Of a stretch of 64,000 bases of DNA, positions 59,120-64,000 are shown piece after piece. The translations under genes and the position numbers were made by a program. Position 1 is the first letter of the stretch. Each line of letters opens with the position of its first letter. Origin of the DNA: Candidatus Latescibacterota bacterium (GTDB taxonomy: Bacteria > Latescibacterota > UBA2968 > UBA8231); the NCBI GenBank assembly GCA_965217585.1, contig OZ244561.1:2176001-2240000 (forward strand), written 5' to 3'. The notes below the pieces were generated by a model. That model was given only the letters and a program-made list of their open reading frames with translations, had not been told where the DNA came from and did not search any database.

Positions 59120-60016
59120 ATGGTCAAGGTGATGAACTTCCGTGTGAAGGCGAGCAGAGGTGTTTTTGGGGGACCCCTGATCGCTCTGCTGTTAAGCGTC
59201 CAAGGGACGATGGGGCAAGTGCCCGAGGTGGGTGATCTAGCGCCGGATTTCACTTTGCAGCAGCTAGAGGGCGACTATGTGTCTCTGAACGACTTCCGCG
59301 GCAAGGTGGTCCTTATCAACTTCTTCGGTTTCATCTGAAGTCACTGTCTCGCGGAGGCCGCGAAGATAGAGCAGATTTGGCAGGATTTTAAAGGGGAGGA
59401 ATTCGTCTTGATTGGCGTGGATGTAGCGGACGGCATCAGCCAACAGGTGGACTTGAGTTTTCGCCAGAGAACAGGAACGACCTACCCTCTTCTTCTCCAG
59501 GCCAGTACAGTAGGATCCCTCTATGGTTTTACCCAGCATAACTATGCGGTGATCGACCACGAGGGGATTTTGCGCTATCGTTCGGTGGGCGCTGTTGCCC
59601 GCCGGTTCAACGAACAGGTTATCCGCCAGCACATCGAGCAGGCGCTAGATAACTTGGGCGCGACGCTTGTGGCTGGAGATAAGGAACGGGAACTGCTAGC
59701 GGAGACCGCAGGGCTGGAGATGTCGGATGGGCAACCAAGGAATTTTGAGTTAGAGAAGAATTACCCCAATCCCTTTAATAGCGGCACGGTCATCCCTTTT
59801 AGCTTGTCCAGTGAAACAGAAGTGCATTTGCAGGTTTTCGATGTACTGGGACGGCCTGTGGTCAATCTGGTGGTTGGGCTGTTGCAGACCGGTCGTTATA
59901 GGGTAAATTGGGAAGGCCGGGACGCCGGAGGGCAGCCGGTACCCTCCGGCATCTACCTTTACCGTTTGAGTAGCGGGAAGAGAACAAAGAGCCGCAAGAT
60001 GACGCTCGTGCGGTAA
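59120..60016 (+). CDS. Predicted selenoprotein: AhpC/TlpA-like redoxin (U-S-H-C) fused to a FlgD/secretion CTD
   Basis: ORFs 59120-59338 and 59408-60016 share a frame and are separated only by TGA 59336-38: 'GKVVLINFFGFI-U-SHCLAEA'; tail 'NYPNPFN...W.G.D..G..V.SG.Y.YRL...RKMTLVR'. Confidence 0.85.
59344..59369 (+). promoter_or_regulatory. Bacterial SECIS-like hairpin
   Basis: CTGTC-TCGCGG-agg-CCGCGA-a-GATAG starting 6 nt after the UGA, G-containing apical loop. Confidence 0.65.
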
Positions 60017-60045
60017 AAAGAGAGCAGGCTCAACAAACTCCAGCT

Positions 60046-62856
60046 TCACGGTGAGGTGCGCGATTTCTCCCTTCGCTGTAAGGCCGCTTGTACTTGGGCG
60101 AGGTTGCGTTTGGCATCGGCGAAGTCAGTTTTGAGTTGGAGTGCTTTTTCGAGATAGAACTGAGCTTCTTTTAGCTTTCCTCGCCGGGCTAGCGCTCCTC
60201 CGAGATTGCTACAGGTTTCCGCCCGATCGGGCTGTAGCCGTAGCGCAGCCTTGTAGTGGTGGATCGCTTCGTCGAGGCGCCCCAATTGGTGGAATGCCAG
60301 AGCCAAGCCGTCCAAGGCCTGTACATCCTGGGGGGCGATTTCTACGACTTGGGTGTAATGGGCCCTCGCTTCTTCAAAGCGGTTCAAGCGCATTAGTACA
60401 TCCGCTAGAGTGCGCCTAGCCACTAGGTGCTCGGGGAGTTGGTGCAGGGCGACTGCCAATAGTCTCGAGGCGTCCAGATAGTTTCGGACGGCGATTAGGA
60501 TTTTGGCTTGCCGGAGGGCGGCGCTAGCGGCAATTTCCCGCAGGTTTTTGGTCCGTATTTCCTCAATGGTCCTCTTTTCATCTGGCCCAATAGGCATCAA
60601 GGTGGCGAAGGGTTCCAAATGCTTTTGCAAAAGATCGAGCGTCGGGAGCGCGTTTGTCCGATTTACAAAGGCTCGAGCGACCGCATAGTCGAGAACGGGC
60701 CGATCGTCTCTGTAGACCGGGGCCTCATTCGCCAGTTTGGCTAGACCACCAGATCCCATCAGATAACTGCCCAAAAAGACCTGTGGTCGATTGAGCCAGT
60801 AGAGGGGGCCTCCCCAGTGGCTGTACTCCAGATCGCGGCGAATTTTTTCGTTGGACAGACGTCCTTCGAGAACGGCCCGATCAATGGCGAAATCCCGTCC
60901 GCCGCCAATGAGCAGCAGTTCTGAAGTATTGTACCACAACAGACTGTGGGGAAAAGCCTCGAGAAAGCTTTGCACAGTGCTGCGGAAATGGTCGGCGGTC
61001 AAGAGAGACAAGGGGACAAATTGGACCAGAAAACCGCCAGCACGCAGCCGTTTTTGCACTTGGTTGTAGAAGTCGACCGTGTAGAAAGACGCCACGCCGG
61101 GACGAGAAAGTTGGCCCAATTCAAGGGAAATCACATCGTATGTCGAAGGGGTATGGCGCAAATAGTTGCGGCCGTCAGCGCCGATCAACTCGACTCTGGG
61201 ATCTTCCATCCAACTGGCGTCGAAATGGGGGCGGATAAAATCGAAGATGGTGGGTTCGATATCGACGCACTCTAAGTGGTCAATAGAGTAAAGCAGAAAG
61301 CGAGCCGCGGTCTGGCCGGTGCCGACGCCCACCAAGAGGACCCGCTTGGGATCGGGATGCAACAACATAGGGACGTGGGCCGCCATTACTTGGTGTGTCT
61401 TGCGGTCCCTACCCTGCCACCAGCGGTTGATCTCGAGTTGAAGTCCTTGATCTTGGCGGATGACCGCCAAGTTGGAGCCGTAGCCTTCGCGGAAGTCGAC
61501 AAGCTCTTCCCGCTCGCCCAGAAAGTCGGCGGGAATACGGGTGGCCATCAGGGAGGGAACTGCGAGCCATAGGCACAAGGAGAGCCCTATGAATGCCGCT
61601 TTAACGGCTAAGGTAGATGTGCGGTCGAGCCAGGTCCACGCAGCGAACCCAACAGCCAAGCTCGTGCCCGTGAGGAAGAGGAGACTGCTCTCCAGGCCGA
61701 AGAATGGCAGGCCCACAAAGCCGATCGCCAACGACCCTGCGATTCCCCCCAATGTGTTGACTGCGGCGATTTTCCCCGTGCCACCGCTCGCCGCGGATGC
61801 GTCCTCGACCACCATTCTCACCGCCAGCGGAAAAGACGCACCTCCTAAAACAGCAGGAGGCAGCAGTAAAACTGCATAAATCCACCACTCCTCCCCCAGA
61901 CGCCGCCAGATGTCAGATGGGAGCATCATTAGGAGGAGTACTACCAGCCCCAAAAACACTTGGATAACGCCGAAATACCGTGCTCTATGTATTGTCCCAT
62001 CAAAGAACAGGGAGGCGAGCACGCTCCCCAACACTAAACCCACTAGCACTACGGCCAAGGTCAGCGTATAAGTGTACACTGTATTGGCGATCAAAAGTCC
62101 CAAATAGCGCGTCCACAGCACCTCGCCTCCCAGCGCTACAAAGCCAACGGCAAAAAACAGCGCAAATACACCCCAATGACCTCTCTCTTCCGTCTCTAGA
62201 AGCCGGAGTCGAGCCAGTCCGCTTCTGGCGATTGGCAGAGACCCTGCGACGATGCCCACGAGCATGTTCAAAACTGCCCCGAGTCGTACTGTGCCCAGAA
62301 AGCCTAGCTCCGGCAAAAGGATGAATCCGGCGCAGACACAACCTAGGGCTGCGCCCAAGGTGTTGATGCCGTAGAGTAAGCCGACGGAACGGGCAATTTT
62401 GGCATCACTGCGCACAAACTGACGACAGAAGAGGGGGAGGGTGGCGCCCATGAGAACCGTCGGCGGCAAGACCACGAATCCCACTAGGACAATCCGAGTC
62501 AGGAAGTGCAAAATGGCGTGCCCAGCCAGGGATTGGTAGACGGTGCCGTAGAGGGAGTCTACCAATTCGAAGGCATATGGACTGGCTAGCACCAAAAGCC
62601 CTAGGCCGATTTCAACCAGAGCAAAAACGAGCAGAGGACGACCGGTCCGCTGACCGTAGCGCCCGAAGAGGTACGAACCGCAGGCTAGGCCTAAGAAGAA
62701 AACCGCTAGGACCGTGCTGAGGGCAAAGGTAGTGGAGCCGAATAGCAATGAAGCTTGGCGGATCCAGACCACCTCGTACACTAGGCCCGCAAATCCAGAG
62801 AGGAAAAAGCAGATGAGCGCAATCAGAAGCTGCACACTACGAGCGCCTGTAGCCAT
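60046..62856 (-). CDS. Fused membrane (MFS-like)/spermidine synthase-like protein with C-terminal TPRs
   Basis: 'SGFAGLVYEVVW', 'LYGINTLGA', 'VLLVGVGTGQT', 'DIE', 'DGRNYL', TPRs. Confidence 0.85.
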   Translation of the reverse strand: MATGARSVQLLIALICFFLSGFAGLVYEVVWIRQASLLFGSTTFALSTVLAVFFLGLACGSYLFGRYGQRTGRPLLVFALVEIGLGLLVLASPYAFELVDSLYGTVYQSLAGHAILHFLTRIVLVGFVVLPPTVLMGATLPLFCRQFVRSDAKIARSVGLLYGINTLGAALGCVCAGFILLPELGFLGTVRLGAVLNMLVGIVAGSLPIARSGLARLRLLETEERGHWGVFALFFAVGFVALGGEVLWTRYLGLLIANTVYTYTLTLAVVLVGLVLGSVLASLFFDGTIHRARYFGVIQVFLGLVVLLLMMLPSDIWRRLGEEWWIYAVLLLPPAVLGGASFPLAVRMVVEDASAASGGTGKIAAVNTLGGIAGSLAIGFVGLPFFGLESSLLFLTGTSLAVGFAAWTWLDRTSTLAVKAAFIGLSLCLWLAVPSLMATRIPADFLGEREELVDFREGYGSNLAVIRQDQGLQLEINRWWQGRDRKTHQVMAAHVPMLLHPDPKRVLLVGVGTGQTAARFLLYSIDHLECVDIEPTIFDFIRPHFDASWMEDPRVELIGADGRNYLRHTPSTYDVISLELGQLSRPGVASFYTVDFYNQVQKRLRAGGFLVQFVPLSLLTADHFRSTVQSFLEAFPHSLLWYNTSELLLIGGGRDFAIDRAVLEGRLSNEKIRRDLEYSHWGGPLYWLNRPQVFLGSYLMGSGGLAKLANEAPVYRDDRPVLDYAVARAFVNRTNALPTLDLLQKHLEPFATLMPIGPDEKRTIEEIRTKNLREIAASAALRQAKILIAVRNYLDASRLLAVALHQLPEHLVARRTLADVLMRLNRFEEARAHYTQVVEIAPQDVQALDGLALAFHQLGRLDEAIHHYKAALRLQPDRAETCSNLGGALARRGKLKEAQFYLEKALQLKTDFADAKRNLAQVQAALQRREKSRTSP

Positions 62857-62956
62857 AGTAGGTGAATTGCTGCTTTCCAGATCGGGGATTATATTGCCGT
62901 AACCCTATGTATGGTAAAAAGAAAAAAGGGACCGCGACAACTGGATTGAGTCCGCG

Positions 62957-64000
62957 ATGTCTATTCACCGCTGCTGCAGCGCCTTTTGGGTTGTCCTACT
63001 CCTGTATGCCTGCAGCACTGATACCCATACCCCTCTTGAAAAGGCACACCCACCAGCACAGGATCCCGAAGGTGTGCGGTTGACCAACCGAGGGGCTTTC
63101 TTTTTAAAACAGAGCCAGCCGCGCAACGCTCTGACCGTTCTGCGTCAAGCCGCAAAACGGGTACCCAAACTCCCCTCAGTCCACTTTAACTGGGGGCTAG
63201 CCCACGTTCGTCTAGGTGAGTACGGGCTGGCTATCCCCCTCCTTCAACGGGCTGTGGGACTCGATTCGCTCAATGGTTCTTTTCGCTTTGTCTTAGGGAA
63301 TGCTCTTAGCGCCGAACACCGCTACCCCGAGTCGATACTCCATTATCAGCGCGCCATTGAGTTGGAACCAGAAAAGGCGCTCTATCGCTATCAACTCGGT
63401 AAATCTCTGAGAGCTACGGCAGATTTCGACGGGGCCATTGCCGCCTTTGAAGCAGCACTGGATTTGGAGCCTGATTTTGTAGATGCCCTCTACCACCGCA
63501 GCGAATTGCTCGGGCGCAACGATAGACCCGCCGAAGCCGAGGCTGGATACAAAAAACTGTTGGTGCTGGCACCTCAGCATGTAGCCGCTCTCGTCGCCTT
63601 GGCCACCTTGCAAACCCAAGTGGGGAGGCATCGAGAAGCCATGTCTGCCCTAGAACAAGCCATCGCCCGGCAACCGCGTCACGCCCAGGCCCACTATTTG
63701 CATCACCAAGTCCTCAACCGGATGAAGAGAGCCGACGAAGCGGCCAGAGCGCTGCAAATCTACCAGCGCTTAAGCATGGCCAAGCGCCACTATGACCAGG
63801 GACAAATCTACCTGCTCAAAGGTAAACAGGAGCAGGCAATCACCTCTTTCTCCGAGGCTATAGAGATCGATTCTTCTTTTGTTGATGCGTACCTCAGCTT
63901 GTGTATTGTGCATTTACAAGTAAATGACCCGCAAAGTGCTCGCCACCTCTTGGAGCGGATTCTCGGCTTAGCGCCCGAACATGTGGAAGCCCATTCGCTA
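62957..64000 (+). CDS. TPR-repeat lipoprotein, 3' partial (absent from the ORF track)
   Basis: MSIHRCCSAFWVVLLLYAC lipobox; successive TPRs ('YQRAIELEP', 'FEAALDLEPDFVDA'); frame open to window end. Confidence 0.8.
   Translation, partial: MSIHRCCSAFWVVLLLYACSTDTHTPLEKAHPPAQDPEGVRLTNRGAFFLKQSQPRNALTVLRQAAKRVPKLPSVHFNWGLAHVRLGEYGLAIPLLQRAVGLDSLNGSFRFVLGNALSAEHRYPESILHYQRAIELEPEKALYRYQLGKSLRATADFDGAIAAFEAALDLEPDFVDALYHRSELLGRNDRPAEAEAGYKKLLVLAPQHVAALVALATLQTQVGRHREAMSALEQAIARQPRHAQAHYLHHQVLNRMKRADEAARALQIYQRLSMAKRHYDQGQIYLLKGKQEQAITSFSEAIEIDSSFVDAYLSLCIVHLQVNDPQSARHLLERILGLAPEHVEAHSL

Noticed and set aside
59120-59338. 72-aa ORF and 59408-60016 as two genes or a nonsense pseudogene
   Set aside because: The TGA aligns with the catalytic Cys, the frames are continuous and a SECIS-like hairpin follows; Sec readthrough fits better.

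Overview
Bacterial window, ~55-62% GC with AT-richer islands. The gene content (PhyH dioxygenases, sulfatase, many FlgD-Ig-tailed secreted proteins, GT-C/TPR proteins) suggests an FCB-group lineage such as Ca. Latescibacterota; this is inference only. Four blocks: (1) 1-4.4 kb catabolic genes. (2) ~4.4-18.6 kb co-oriented minus-strand mosaic of small accessory genes and gene fragments with integron hallmarks: attC-like sites, cassette ends that complement each other, and three promoter+GTT 'attI-like' units, but no integrase in the window. It includes three TA modules missing their toxins and a low-GC ATPase+TOPRIM defence-like cassette. (3) 21.9-38.6 kb sigma54-controlled MacB/FtsX-type ABC exporter operon with four permeases, split from its two-component system by ~7 kb of cargo whose junctions repeat the permease 3' end. 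(4) 38.6-64 kb envelope locus: four paralogous secreted discoidin-like/FlgD-Ig proteins ending in V-[AV]-Y (two are a recent tandem duplicate), a putative beta-barrel, a SurA-like PPIase, two GT-C+TPR glycosyltransferases, a spermidine-synthase-like TPR fusion, and a hidden UxxC selenoprotein redoxin (in-frame TGA plus SECIS-like hairpin) with a FlgD/CTD tail that the ORF track splits in two. No rRNA, tRNA or CRISPR array was seen. Family assignments are from motif recognition, not database searches.
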